A DNA stretch of 63,106 nt, filler included, from Klebsormidium nitens (GCA_000708835.1; 5 parts of 5 records of this genome joined end to end with filler, not necessarily neighbours in it); one strand, 5' to 3'; shown: positions 49,146 to 61,735, counted from the first letter of the whole stretch. The notes: generated from the sequence alone by a model not told the origin. Numbers and translations: made by a program.

Positions 49146-49589
49146 AAGGTCCCCTCCGAGGCAAAATCGTGCGAGGGTTCCCGGCCTATACCAAGGTCAC
49201 CCTTCACCTTCTCCCTAAGTGCTTGCCGGATCTCGCGATGTGCTACTTGTGGAAATGAGGTGCGACAACTTCGAAAAATGCCTTATATATTGATCTGACG
49301 GTGGCGACCTCCGGCATAATCTGGCAAAAATTGGCCATATAATGCCATTGAACGCCATGGCAGTCTACCGCTTTTTGCGGCATACTGCGGCCAAAGCTGG
49401 CCGCATCATCCGCAACAAAGTTGCGCTATCCAGAGCGGTGCGGAGCTGTGAGTCACCGTGCGGTGCCGTGCGGTGCTGCACAGTGCGGTGCGGTTTGGTG
49501 TGGTGAGGTGCTGTGCATACTACTGCCAGTACTGGCGCCCTCCTTGTGTCCGACCTGTCCTCCTGTCCAGTCGCTCAACAGATTACAAG

Positions 49590-50464
49590 CCTGCCTGATC
49601 GAACATACCTTCAGGAGCTCCATCACGGAGCGTCAATTGATTTCCTTTGACCACAGTGGAGTTGCGCACAGCATTCAAGCTTTCAGTTGAGTGTGCCAGC
49701 TGCCAAGGGCAGGGAATGGCTGGACGTTGCCACGTTGGGTGGCGGCTGCAACTCACGGTGTCCACTGCTTTCTGGGTCAGCAACTTGGCAATGGCGCATT
49801 GTGGCAGTTGTGGAAGACTGCAAATCAGGTTGCAGGTGCCCCAAATCCCAATATCTCTTCAAACAGCAGAGGAGCATTTTGGGGAGTGGTCCATGAGAAG
49901 CTTACAAGTGGGCAATTCAGAGAGAAGAGTAGCTCGGCTAAGCGCCACAGCCGCATGCAAGGGGCAGTTTGAAAACTGGCAGATTGGAGGTGAGTTTCCA
50001 AAGTGCCCTCGCTTCTCTCTGTTTGCTGATTGCCCCCGCTAATGTTCTGATTGTTTGCTTGCTATTGGGCTGATCGGAACTTGCTGTGGAGCTCAATGAG
50101 AGCTTGCTCAGGCTGATCTGGGGCCAGCTGACTGGGTGAGCTGAATTGGGGCTTTCAGTTGGAGCTTTTGGAGCCCGCTGACTGCTGTCGGGCTGACGTG
50201 CGGGTTGCTTTGCAGGTCTGCTGCGCGGCTTGTTAGCGGGCTCGTGGAGCTGCTTGGGGGGCTGATTGCTCTCTTGCTGTCTAGGCCACTCACAGGAACG
50301 ACGCACCACTCTTGTGTGAGGCTGCTGGGGGCTGATTGCGGACGCGCTGCAGAGCTGATCGCGCCCCTGGTGGGGGCTGATTGCAGGTATGCTACAGGGT
50401 AACTGTGGGCCCGCTGCGAGTTAACTTTGGGCCCACTTTGAGATTCGACGTTTGCCAGGCCCAA
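49590..50464 (-). pseudogene. Possible highly degenerate gag-knuckle/protease remnant
   Basis: CLKRYWDLGHLQPD resembles a decayed CCHC knuckle and VVKGNQLTLRDGA..FD a decayed retropepsin motif. Key residues are missing. Confidence 0.2.
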
Positions 50465-50698
50465 ATGTGACGTTTGGGCTATGGTTAAGTCTAACCACTC
50501 AAACCCACAGATCTAAACGACGCTCACCCATTCAATGGGTACGCGACGCGTGTCAATCTAAGTCCACTGTCTATTAGTGACACGTGGCATAGTATTAATT
50601 AGTCGAAGTAATGTTCGATATTAGTCATTATTGGATATGTCGACTAATGTTAGTATGTAGAGCTACGAGATAAGTATGTCTTTTGCGTGACCATGATT

Positions 50699-50798
50699 NN
50701 NNNNNNNNNNNNNNNNNNNNNNNNNNNNNNNNNNNNNNNNNNTTAATTAATTAANNNNNNNNNNNNNNNNNNNNNNNNNNNNNNNNNNNNNNNNNNNN
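50699..50798. other. Assembly linker 44N-TTAATTAATTAA-44N
   Basis: Same 100-bp structure. Confidence 0.95.
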
Positions 50799-52054
50799 GA
50801 TTAGCAAGCATTGTCGGTTTTGATCCTCTCTTTGCATGCCTCCACAGACGAGAATTCCCAAAAAGATTGTGTTCAAGGTGCCGGGCTGGTTTGTGACTAC
50901 TAGGGGCTAGGATTTTTAGGCCAGGCGCCCCCCCCCCCCTTGGAGGCTGGTTCCGGATACTTGCTGTTCCTAGCATCACCCCCTTGGTAGCCGTTTCGTT
51001 TCTCGAGGATCACTACTGCACACATGTTTCGACATGATGCCCTTTGTTCGTAGTACTGAGATGGAGAGACGCTTGTGTCTGTAGCTGATTGACTGTCAGC
51101 TCGTGTAGGGAGAAGTTGTTGGGCACCCAGCAACCTTACGTGCCGAGAACTTAGAAGACGCTGTAAACACTCAACGTGAACCCTCTTGGGAGGTACGCTT
51201 ATTCAGCACATTCTGGCTTTGATTGACGACGCGGCCTGGGCCAGACACAGGTTGATTCAAATGAAGATGATATGTACAATGGCATGTGCAACACCGCCAT
51301 CAATAGGTCTTGCTTTGGGTTGTTTCCTTACGTATCGGGCCGAGCATGTGTGCCCGGCCTTTATAGGTTAGCTAGAGTGGTATGCGACACTCCCTTGCAT
51401 TATGCTTAGCTATTATTGTTTAAGGTGGAACTTGTTCGGCTAGCGCCACGCGCCACTGAGCTTCCAATCTGCCTGCAAATTCGAGTTGGTGTGTCGGTAG
51501 CTCTACTTATTGGAAAGACTATGTGGTGGCTGCCGCCTTGGGTGATATGCGATGATTCCGCAATCATTAGGATACAGACCGCGGTTAAGAGGCAATGCAA
51601 TGGGGGTGACAACCATTAGCCATTGGGCCGAGTAAATCTTGTGCAGCATAGCAGATGCATGGCGTGGCTCCAATTTTCAAATGCCGAGTTCAAAGTTGAA
51701 GGCAGCGGCTAGGTTTGAGAGACCGGCCTGCGATTTTCAGGTTGACTATATGTTCTATCATAGGGATATTCTTCCATTCCTCTTGTCTTCTTAAGTTTCT
51801 AGGTTTGTAGCATCCTGCTTGCTTTTGTATCTGACACACTGAATTGGCAGAATCATGGCAGAATCATGGCAATCATCAAATGCATATGTAATTAAGCACA
51901 TTGATGCGATCAATGTGTCATTGGAAGTGTACTTATCAGGTAGCCTCCAGGCAGGTGACAATAGCGACAGAGCGTGTAGTCAAAGCTAGCCCGGCCCTTC
52001 CACTGCCTGGTACCGACTGCTGCCGTTCTACCTTTACTGATGCCTGATGCATCA

Positions 52055-53179
52055 TCATGCCAGACGCTTCACATTTATGAAAGCCCATTCAACCCCATTT
52101 GGCCACCAACGCCAATTTGGCTCCACATGAAAAAGCCTAAGTCCTGCGTCTTCATACTCTTGGAGCAACCTACTGACCTGCGAGAAGTCATTTCCGTCGG
52201 GCCCCATTTCTCTGTATCTGCTATGTGTTTCCACCAGAAATTGCCCTACAGGTACTTCCGCATTGGGCTGGAACAGATTCCTAAAGCTGGCAAACTCGCA
52301 ACCCTCACAGTCCACCTTGAGAATGTCCACAAAGCTGTGCCCGAGCCGTGTCATCACATCCTGCACAGACAGGAACTCTCTGTCCTGCTTGTCCATGTGG
52401 GATTCGGGAGCAATGCAGATTGGATAAAACTGAAAAACATGGGATAAGGATTCCACATGCCGCGTTCGCTGTTCATCTAAAGTGCAGTCAAAAACGTGGA
52501 TCTCAGCCCCCGTCTGATTGAAAATATCTTCCTCAAAATCAGTCGCCCCATTGCTGCCCACACTGTAGATGACACTTTGGCTACTTAGTCTTTGACCGTT
52601 GCAAATCCACTTGCCCCCTTCTCCAACCTTTCCGTATCTGATCTCCCAATAGCAAGGGTAGATGGGGGCCCAGTACTCCATGAGCTCCACAATACCCACC
52701 ACATGCATATCTTTAAATGGCAGGCCCGTGCGGCGACCTCTATATGCCTCTCTTTTGACAATGTTGCTCTCTGTCACTCGAAGTGCTTCGTCCATTAGGA
52801 ACTTATGCTGCGATTCTGCGGCCCCTTCCTGGGCAGTAAGGTCTCTCAGGTGGGAGGCTGCATGTCCCAGCCCCTCTTCCAACCTAGGGATCACGGTCAT
52901 TTCGTCGCTGAACGTCTGGAAGACGCCCGGCAAGATGGCCAATCCAAGGACTAGAGTCAGGGCCACAAAGATTGCAGCTCCTGCATGGCGTTGACATTCA
53001 GCCAGAAAGCCCAAGTGTTGCGCCATCTGGATACTGGTATGACCCGTCCAGCTTGATCTTGATAGGGATACGTTCTCGCAGTCGCAAAATCCCGCAGTCG
53101 CAAAACCCCGCAGAGAGTCTGCATGAGGGTCGGAAACAGAATTTGTACTAAGGTTGCAGATTGGCTTGCCTCTTTTCAC
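52055..53179 (-). CDS. Intronless Methyltransf_22/METTL24-like SAM-dependent methyltransferase with an N-terminal membrane anchor (start probably the Met near 53029)
   Basis: Hydrophobic AAIFVALTLVLGLAIL; YPC..RYGKVGEGGKWIC, VIYSVGSNG..FEEDI, EIHVFDCT, DILKVDCEGCEF, QFLVETH and RLFHVEPN. Confidence 0.85.
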   Translation of the reverse strand: MKRGKPICNLSTNSVSDPHADSLRGFATAGFCDCENVSLSRSSWTGHTSIQMAQHLGFLAECQRHAGAAIFVALTLVLGLAILPGVFQTFSDEMTVIPRLEEGLGHAASHLRDLTAQEGAAESQHKFLMDEALRVTESNIVKREAYRGRRTGLPFKDMHVVGIVELMEYWAPIYPCYWEIRYGKVGEGGKWICNGQRLSSQSVIYSVGSNGATDFEEDIFNQTGAEIHVFDCTLDEQRTRHVESLSHVFQFYPICIAPESHMDKQDREFLSVQDVMTRLGHSFVDILKVDCEGCEFASFRNLFQPNAEVPVGQFLVETHSRYREMGPDGNDFSQVSRLLQEYEDAGLRLFHVEPNWRWWPNGVEWAFINVKRLA

Positions 53180-53190
53180 CTTTTCACCTT

Positions 53191-53999
53191 AACACCTTCG
53201 AAGTTATATCCCGGTTTCCGGTCCTACTACCGTACTGCTATTTGATTTCGGCACCTTCGACGCCAAAAATTTAATTATGAAACTTTCTATCCTTTCGGCA
53301 GACCTAGTGTTACCAGCTAAAAATCACCGTTATCGACCATTATCGCTCCAGAATACTTTCCAGCGAAATTCGGCACGGCACATAATTATTTATTTTTTGC
53401 CGAAATTACGTAGCAGTACGGTAAAAACGCGAAAGACGAGACGGTGTCGAAGGGTGTGAAAACTACACTTTCTAAATTCTAAAATTACTGTGTGATACTC
53501 CCTGAGAGACTATACATTATTGTCGAAGGTATCGAATACGACGTCAACATTTTACGAGATTCAATTTTAACCGTAGATGAGGTAACTCCGCCCACAAGAA
53601 TGCCCAAATCCCCGCCAAAGGTTATATTGGGCTCAAAACTGGAGGGGTGTAGGTCGGCCCAGCGGGTAATGGGGCATTTAAGGTGAGGGACGGGTGAGGG
53701 ACGGGTGAGGGACGGGTCACGGTCCACGGACCCCCTTTTGCATGGGTGGGTCGGTCGGTCGGGAAAAAATAATAAATATATCATAGACACGTTTGATTCT
53801 GATAAGGCGGAAGAATCTGAAAATCCTGGGGCAAAAGCCAAAAAGTACTCCCGATATTCTGGATTCCACATTGAAGACTTGATCTCAGAATCGAAGGGTC
53901 CAAAACTGGAAGTACGGATAACAACTGTTATTTTTCTCGAACATTCTTCCGATCTTTTGTCGGTCGGGGACGGGTATTAAACCGGGATTTAACTTCGAA
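53191..53999. mobile_element. Candidate MITE/non-autonomous element with nested inverted repeats
   Basis: TTCGAAGTTATATCCCGGTTT (53197-53217) versus its reverse complement at 53979-53999 (1 mismatch). Inner IRs CCGTACTGCTA (53230/53411) and ACACC(C)TTCGA (53192/53447). (GAGGGACGGGT)x3 near 53685-53717. No TSD identified. Confidence 0.5.
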
Positions 54000-55602
54000 C
54001 GGCCTTACTCTGATTTAGTATAAATCGGCAATAATACAAGTCAAAGTTTTACTGCATTTTCCGCTGTGTACGACGTCGTGCGCGGCTACTGTGCTGCGCT
54101 AGAAAGACAACAGGATCACGGCTACGGCGAGAACGAAAAGAGACCATCACCAGGCCCACCGGGTAATTACTAATTATGACACTCAAAGCCTACAGGTAGA
54201 ATGCCGCAGTGCGGAAGGGTCCATCGATCTGTCCCCCATCTGTATTTAGCGATCAGTCGGACCCTCCGCGACTCAGCGCGCGGATGGGACCGTCGACATG
54301 TTCGGGGGGTTTTTTAACGGCTCCAGTGTAGTCTATATATTAGACTCTGCTTTGGTGTAGAACCGTCGATAGGAAGTTCCATTTGAGGCTATTGCTGTTG
54401 TATAAGCCTACGGAAACACTCATAAGCGTTGCCTTTAACGAGCTCTAATGTATAAGAATATAAGACAAGTTGCCTCTAGATGTACAATTCGGCATATATG
54501 CCTCGAGCTGCTTCCGGTAGTCCTATATGCTCTTTTGGGGACCTGTAGGAGCATAGGATAAGAACCGTACCAATTATGATCGACACAACCCCTACCCGGT
54601 AAAACGGTCGGATCGTATATTATAACACCATGTTCAGGAGTTCTCGGTAGGCGTGCGTTGTATTGTTCGAGGTATCGACGGCGCCTCCTAATCCAGTGTA
54701 GACTGGAAGCATTCTAAAACATCCAGCCAATGCCAACACGGCTCACACGTGCTCTGCTATTTGAAGATCCGGTGTTCTGCCTGTCATGTAACGCCCACAC
54801 AGTGACGCTTACCCGCTACCCGTATCCTAATGGGGGCCTAACGGAATCAAACTTATACTAACCCGAGACGACCGAGACGGTCACCGCTAGGGTAGCTCCT
54901 CGGTAGGTGGAGCTACGGATGCATTGACTCGGACTAGCAGGCAGCATAATAGAAGCTTTCTAGCGCGTGGTGTTTGCCGGACGAGCACAACATTAATTAG
55001 AACATCATGCAAGGGAGTGTCCCATACCACTCCAGCTAATCAGTCAGACTACTACACTTCGCCCGACACACAGTCAATACAACGCGCGACAAGCCTGGCT
55101 TACCACCGGTTCTGCATTACATAAGTCACCGCACCGCCTTCATGTGCAATATGTTGCTGCCGCGACCGGCACTGACTGGAGTCAGGAAGGGGCGAATAAG
55201 CCTCCCGCAAGGGTGCAAGTCCGAGATAATCTTGTCTTCTCGGCACAAGGCTGCCGAGCGCTGGCAACTTATGCATATAAAATGTTGAGGGGCTCAGCCA
55301 AACGGTACGGAGATAAGCGTCTCGATACTAGGTGAAGGGAGCTAGAAGCAAGCGCCTCTGAAAACAAGCCACGATCCTAAGTGAACAACGTCAAGTTAGA
55401 ATGTCTTAATGAATCGTGAGTCGCTACATCACACCATGTCGGTCGTCTATGCGAGGGAGCCTACCCAGCCATACTGGCCATATATAAGTAATACTAATCA
55501 GACCATCGAGTCTGCTCGACGGTTGTGCATGTACCAATCACGAGATTTCCGGAACCCCACATGCAACCTGAGCCAATCACACGAGAAAACCTATATTACC
55601 CA

Positions 55603-56191
55603 GGCGCTTCCGCACAAGCCTGTTATATGAGGTCGCGGCCGTCTAGACGATTGGAGGGTGGTGTCTCGACGACTGTCCAGACGCTGACCGGAGGATCGAC
55701 ATAAGTTTTTTCCGCGTGTCTGGTCGGAAATTGAATTTCCGAGTCGAAATATAAAACGGCGATTTTACGCGTTAGGCTTGTCCGAGACTGCGGCGGCGAA
55801 TTAAGCAGAGATAAATAACGAAACTTGGCGATGTTTTTGCGGCTCAAACAGGATGGTGAACACCTAACCCTTTTGGCCTTGAGCAGAGGGATATTAGGTG
55901 TGCTGAAGGCCAGAAGGGTTAGGTATTCCCCATCCTCTTTAGGCCGCAAAAAATCGCCAAGTTTCGTTATTTATTTCTGCTTAATTCGCCGCCGCAATCT
56001 CGGGCAAGATAACGCGTAAAATCGCCGTTTTTGATTTTGACTGGAAAATTCAAGTTCCGACCAGACTCTGACCGGACGTGCGGCAAAGTTCTGTCGATCC
56101 TCCAATCAGCGTCTGATCAATCGTCAGGACACCACCCTCCGATCGTCCGGATGGCCGCAACCTCATATAAAGGGCATGTGCGATTGGCGCC
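55603..56191. repeat. ~590-bp imperfect palindrome (two ~285-bp arms, ~15-nt loop)
   Basis: The arms pair from GGCGC..TTATATGAGG through GAGGATCGAC, AAAACGGCGATTTTACGCG and ACCTAACCCTTTTGGCCTT to a loop at ~55886-55900. Confidence 0.92.
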
Positions 56192-57389
56192 CGCCGGCCA
56201 CGTGAGCACCGGCGGTCCCGATTACACAGATCCTCCCAGTGGGCCCCATCCCAACCGTGAAGCGGAGGCCCACACACCCGCAAAACTAGCTGAAACCCTC
56301 GCGCCCCGGCCGGTACGTCGCCTTTTTCGCTCGCTCGCCTGCTCGTGCGGTCGGTTACGTCAGGGGGTCTCGGCCCGCCGGATGGGGGTTCCCAAGCAAT
56401 ACACTACCTGACTGTCAGGACTGGACCGACTCGGATCGATTTCCCTAGTGTCGATGCTGTGAAACCGCTGAAGTCTGCCCTCACCTACTGTATTTGATAT
56501 ATTAAGGGGAAGGTCACTCTGAAAAAAATACCCGCCCTCTTTATTTGCGAGGGGTTTGCGAGTTGGAAGAGAACAAGGTCCCCCCCTGAGATTAGAGGGA
56601 CGCTAATCCGGGCCTTGGGGATTCTGGAGGAATTCGGGAGCGTAGTTTGTAGCATAATTACATTTGTTAACCCCTTGAGCACAACCGACGACCCTTTGAA
56701 CGCTTTTTTCCATCTTCCATCTTGTACGCTGTTATTCCAAGCATTTTCTGCCTATGACGGTTTGTACACAATGTAGCTTGAATTACTATAGTTGGCGTGA
56801 TCCCTGGACTTCAAACCTTTGTTGAACACATTGCTGTACACATAGTGTGCAAAAGAAAAGTACGCTAGCTGACTATGATTTCATCTTTACTTAGCTAATT
56901 CGAGTAGTTCCGCTAATTGCACCTCTCACAGTTGCTTGAATTAGCGAAATTAGCCAATTACAAGGGGCTAGTGCGCTGTGTAAGCACTAAGACATTCTGT
57001 GTGGCTTAAGGCAGGACGCCTTGTTATATCTCAAATATTGTTGCCCCTCATTGCATGAGTGCTGCGTGACTACTGTCACTCTGCAAGGTCTCCGCAGGAA
57101 GAATGCTCATGGCCATAATCAGGGAACTACCCCTGTGATGGTATGACATGAGATGTGCCTCCCCGAGCACAAGTCTGTGAGTGCATTGCTTGTGTGAATG
57201 AATGAATGAATGAATGATGGAAGAAAGCTTGGCATATGTAATTGCAGTTTAAAAGGTGCTAAAAACTAGTGGTATGGGACACTTGTGCGTTCGCTGAGAG
57301 CTACCAGGTTCCGGAGAGCTGTGGCCTGAAATGCACGCTACGCACACAAAAGTTTCCGTTGCGCATGCGACTTGCGGCGGCTGAGCGAT

Positions 57390-57485
57390 TCATTTAAAGA
57401 CTTTGCCCCGTTGGCGGCACCTCTGACTGACTTAACACGTGCTAAACATTTGTGGGCGTGGACTGAACGGTGTGAACAAGCGTTT
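57390..57485 (+). pseudogene. Ty3/gypsy pol fragment (RT-RNaseH connection)
   Basis: FKDFAPLAAPLTDLTRAKHLWAWTERCEQAF matches the gypsy FI.dFs.iAaPLt.L....f.W...c..AF pattern. Confidence 0.7.
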
Positions 57486-57489
57486 CTGT

Positions 57490-58424
57490 GCCGAGCGGTA
57501 TCGTCTCCTCTGCCGGCTGGCATCGGGAACGGCCACGTGGCCTAATCCTACCCGTCTATCCCTGCCGGCACAGACTATGCATGGCCTACTCGACCCTTGA
57601 CTCCTCGCGACATGATGAAAATGAACAAAACGAGCCTATTCAAACGGGCCTATCCATTGATGACGTGCCAATTCCCTTGCACGCAAAACACATTGGGGGC
57701 GTGGAGGCGCTGCAAGTGCCGTAGATCTCCTTCTGCTCTCTTCATGCAGCATGCACATCACCAATCATGCAATGCTCATGGCCATTGTGACTTCTCCCTT
57801 TCTCGAGGCTTCGGCTCCGATCATGCACAACACATGAGCTGATAGCGCGTCTTCCCACACTCACTTGAAAGGAGGAGAACCTCCGCCACAGTTCACGATC
57901 CCTGCTGCCAATAGCTCGCTGCACTATGCAATGAACACTAGCGCCCTATGCTCGATGCGCCTAGCTGTGGAGACTTGCCTAAGAGAAGTGAAGGGAGCAC
58001 CTCTCCTCGGCCCTATGGGTTCGGCCGGCACGAGTCTCAATCATGGGCTAAGGTCTCGTACCCAAGACTCGGCCGGTATTCTCGGCGGTCTACCGCTAGC
58101 AATACACTAGTGGACTAACCCTGGACTCTACCTGCGGCGCGCGCGCCAGGCTCGCAAGCCGGCCGCGGCTCGCCCTATCGCTGCAACGTGGCACGTCTGC
58201 GCCACGTGTCGCTATCTGGACACTACCCGGCACGGACCGCTCTTGGCATGGCAGCTGCCGTGCGGTATCGTCTCCTCTGCCGGCTGGCATCGGGAACGGC
58301 CACGTGGCCTAATCCTACCCGTCTATCCCTGCCGGCACAGACTATGCATAGCCTACTCAACCCTTGACTCCTCGCGACATGATGAAAATGAACAAACAGA
58401 CCCTATTCAACCGGGCCTATCCAT
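57490..58424 (+). repeat. ~165-bp direct repeat pair (57490-57657 and 58256-58424)
   Basis: GCGGTATCGTCTCCTCTGCCGGCTGGCATCGGGAACGG...GGCCTATCCATT occurs twice, near-identical. Confidence 0.9.
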
Positions 58425-58829
58425 TTCCCCCCCACTCGCTGGCTCCGGTCCCCGCGGCCAAAGCGAGTCACACNNNNNNNNNNNNNNNNNNNNNNNNNNN
58501 NNNNNNNNNNNNNNNNNNNNNNNNNNNNNNNNNNNNNNNNNNNNNNNNNNNNNNNNNNNNNNNNNNNNNNNNNNNNNNNNNNNNNNNNNNNNNNNNNNNN
58601 NNNNNNNNNNNNNNNNNNNNNNNNNNNNNNNNNNNNNACTGGTGATCCCCCACAACCCGCTTGTCCCGTTTACTAAAGCATCGGTCTGCAAAACGTATCT
58701 GGACCCTGACGTGTGCGCACCACCCATCAACCTGGCTATATACGTAGAGGAAACCCACCTACAAACCCCTTCTAGTAGTCATTCAAGCGTCTCTTAAAGT
58801 GTACGTCAAGTGAAAAAGGAAGTATAGCA

Positions 58830-60370
58830 ATGGAGTATTCAGGTGAGATGCAACTCCCTACCTACCGACTGTTCACCAAAGATCTGAGTCCCAAAGAAGC
58901 AGGCGTTTGACTCGATGGTTTGATTGTCCTTAAACGTACCTATCGCGGTCTTAGTCGAAAGCACCTTTTGAAGGTTGCCCAGAATAGTTTTGCGGAACCA
59001 CTGACCACGTGGCCATTCCAGCCACCACAAAATAGAGACTGGCAGCAGTTCTATAAAGAGTTCAAACGTTGCTTTGTCAACCTTGTTCCGTCACCAGAAA
59101 GCACACAAAAACACCTCAGCCAGGCAGCCCACAACCGAAGTTGCCATCAAGTTGTCAGATCCACGACACACCTGACCGACACCCATCACACAAAAGAACC
59201 TGAAGCTCGAACCGGACCTGCCATATGTGCACCTTTGACGCCAACCAACTCAAGCGACGACCAGCTCTCCGTTCCAGCTCGACCAACCGCTGCAATAGGT
59301 GAGTCTGGGCACACCACTTCATCTTACTTGGATACCTTTGAACTTTTTGATTCGGACCTGAGCCAGCCGCTCACAACTACGACCAAAANNNNNNNNNNNN
59401 NNNNNNNNNNNNNNNNNNNNNNNNNNNNNNNNNNNNNNNNNNNNNAAAGATCTGAGTCCCAAAGAAGCAGGCGTTTGGCTCGATGGTTTGATTGTCCTTA
59501 AACGTACCTATCGCGGTCTTAGTCGAAAGCACCTTTTGAAGGTTGCCCAGAATAGTTTTGCGGAACCACTGACCACGTGGCCATTCCAGCCACCACAAAA
59601 TAGAGACTGGCAGCAGTTCTATAAAGAGTTCAAACGTTGCTTTGTCAACCTTGTTCCGTCACCAGAAAGCACACAAAAACACCTCGGCCAGGCAGCCCAC
59701 AACCCAAGTTGCCATCAAGTTGTCAGATCCACGACACACCTGACCGACACCCATCACACAAAAGAACCTGAAGCTCGAACCGGACCTGCCATATGTGCAC
59801 CTGTGACGCCAGCCAACTCAAGCGACGACCAGCTCTCCGTTCCAGCTCGACCTGCCGCTGCAACAGGTGAGTCTGGGCACACCACTTCATCTTACTTGGA
59901 TACCTCTAAACTTTCTGATTCGGACCTGAGCCAGCCGCTCACAACTACGACCAAAACACACCTCGACTCGCTTGCACACATCGAAACTCCAGTCAGAAAC
60001 CAGCCTGAGACTCATGACAAATATACACAGAGTGACACCAATTTGAAAACTTCGACATTTCGGCAGACCCAAAATTCGAACACGCAAACCGATCCGCTTT
60101 CCTCACTCAGTCTGACCAAACCCAAAAGCTTCTGGCTGATTGAAATACATCGCTTTGACTATTCAAATGGTTTTGTGCTCATAACCAGAGAGACCAACAC
60201 AGTACTCAACCTCGGTGGTCACTTTCTGACGGACTTGTATTGTATCCCACTCAACCAATATCATGAATATAAAGTTCCCTCCGGTGTTCACCTCACCGAC
60301 ATAAGACAAATCCAGATCGGCTCAAAGAGCGAAATCAATCAGGATCCACAGCCCCAAACCTTGCATCCGT
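58830..60370 (+). mobile_element. Retrotransposon gag-like ORF present as two ~96%-similar tandem copies
   Basis: MQLPTYRLF..PKEAGVWLDGL..LLKVAQ..LTTW..RDWQQFYKEFKRCF fits a Retrotrans_gag-like pattern. Copy 1 has TGA at 58908-58910 where copy 2 has TGG (59476-59478). The identity figure is an estimate by eye. Confidence 0.5.
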
Positions 60371-60470
60371 NNNNNNNNNNNNNNNNNNNNNNNNNNNNNN
60401 NNNNNNNNNNNNNNTTAATTAATTAANNNNNNNNNNNNNNNNNNNNNNNNNNNNNNNNNNNNNNNNNNNN
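60371..60470. other. Assembly linker 44N-TTAATTAATTAA-44N
   Basis: Same 100-bp structure. Confidence 0.95.
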
Positions 60471-60569
60471 GATCTGTCGATGGTTCACGACAGGCAAGAA
60501 CATAGGGAATTGACACGTGTCACAAAGCGATTGCAAAAAATTCAACAATTATCAATCAAATTCCATAAA

Positions 60570-61697
60570 AGTATCTGGCGGCAGTCCCTCACAGTTGCAA
60601 GTTACCCTATCGTGAAGGTTCCACCTAGAAACTTCATCGAAATAGCAACCCGGCCGAGTCGACCCCGCTGGCTTAAAGCTATGGAGCGGTCGGCTACCCT
60701 GCAGCCTAGAATTAACCAAACTCTGAAATATCTGGTTTGTTCCGACTTTTCATAAAACAAAACTTTCTGCAAATCTACCGTGCCGAATCCCTGTTTACTG
60801 GCCCCGCACATGACTTGTCACAAAGACTCGGCCCTCTCCTCGTTCATACCCTCTTGGGACTTGGTCACACCCAGTCGGCGCTCAGAAAATAATTCCCGGT
60901 CCTGAGCGTTTTTGCGACAACCTGAATAAAAGGCGGTATAAAATACCGCGCCACACTATGGCTGTAAAGCCAAAAAATAAATGCTCGCTCAAAAATGTTC
61001 TCTCGGGTTAGGCAAACCTTCTCCTTGAAAATCCTTATTTCCTAACAATGCATAAATCTCCTTCCCCCTTTCCAACATCTCATCCGTAACCTCCTTCCGA
61101 ATCTCGTCAAAATGCTCTTTCCCCATGTCTTTCGAGCAATAACCCAGCATGCCAAGACGTATGCAAATCAGTGTTATGAGTCAGAGCCTTAACCTTAATA
61201 TGAGTTTTCCCCTGTGGCTCTAACCAACCCAGATAAACCTTGATTTTCTTATTCAAAACACTCGCGTTTATGTCCTCTTTTGTGATGACGACTCCCTGCC
61301 AATGCAAAAATTCGCGAGAACTACCACGCTCCAATCCAAAATATGCACATTTACAAAACTCCTCCACGAACTTTTTTAACCTTGGTTTCGTCTCCCCCTT
61401 ATCTATGTCCTTCCCGGGGGTGCCTACAGTGACCGAAAATTCTGAGAATTTAACAGAAACATTTACTTTATTTTTGCGCGGCCGCGGCTGCTCTTCCCGA
61501 CCCAGTGCGATGAAGTCGTCGATCAAATCCTCCTCATCATCCTTACGCCCAGCTCGTCCCCCTGCCACAAAGAAACGCATAAATTAATTGAGAAAAATGA
61601 CAATCCTGATAGCCAAAAAGATTCTGTCTGCGCAGCATATTGCAGACTCAATCACAAAGAACGAACGATATAGCTGCGCAGGATGATGCAGAGTCAT
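60570..61697 (-). pseudogene. Replitron-like HUH Rep, copy A (frameshifted, lacks the upstream exon)
   Basis: Near-identical to 61748-62765 but with small indels near 61150, 60870 and 60725 that break the frame. It retains the apparent natural C-terminal coding sequence. Confidence 0.8.
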
Positions 61698-61735
61698 TGA
61701 AGCGGCGCTGAACAGNNNNNNNNNNNNNNNNNNNN

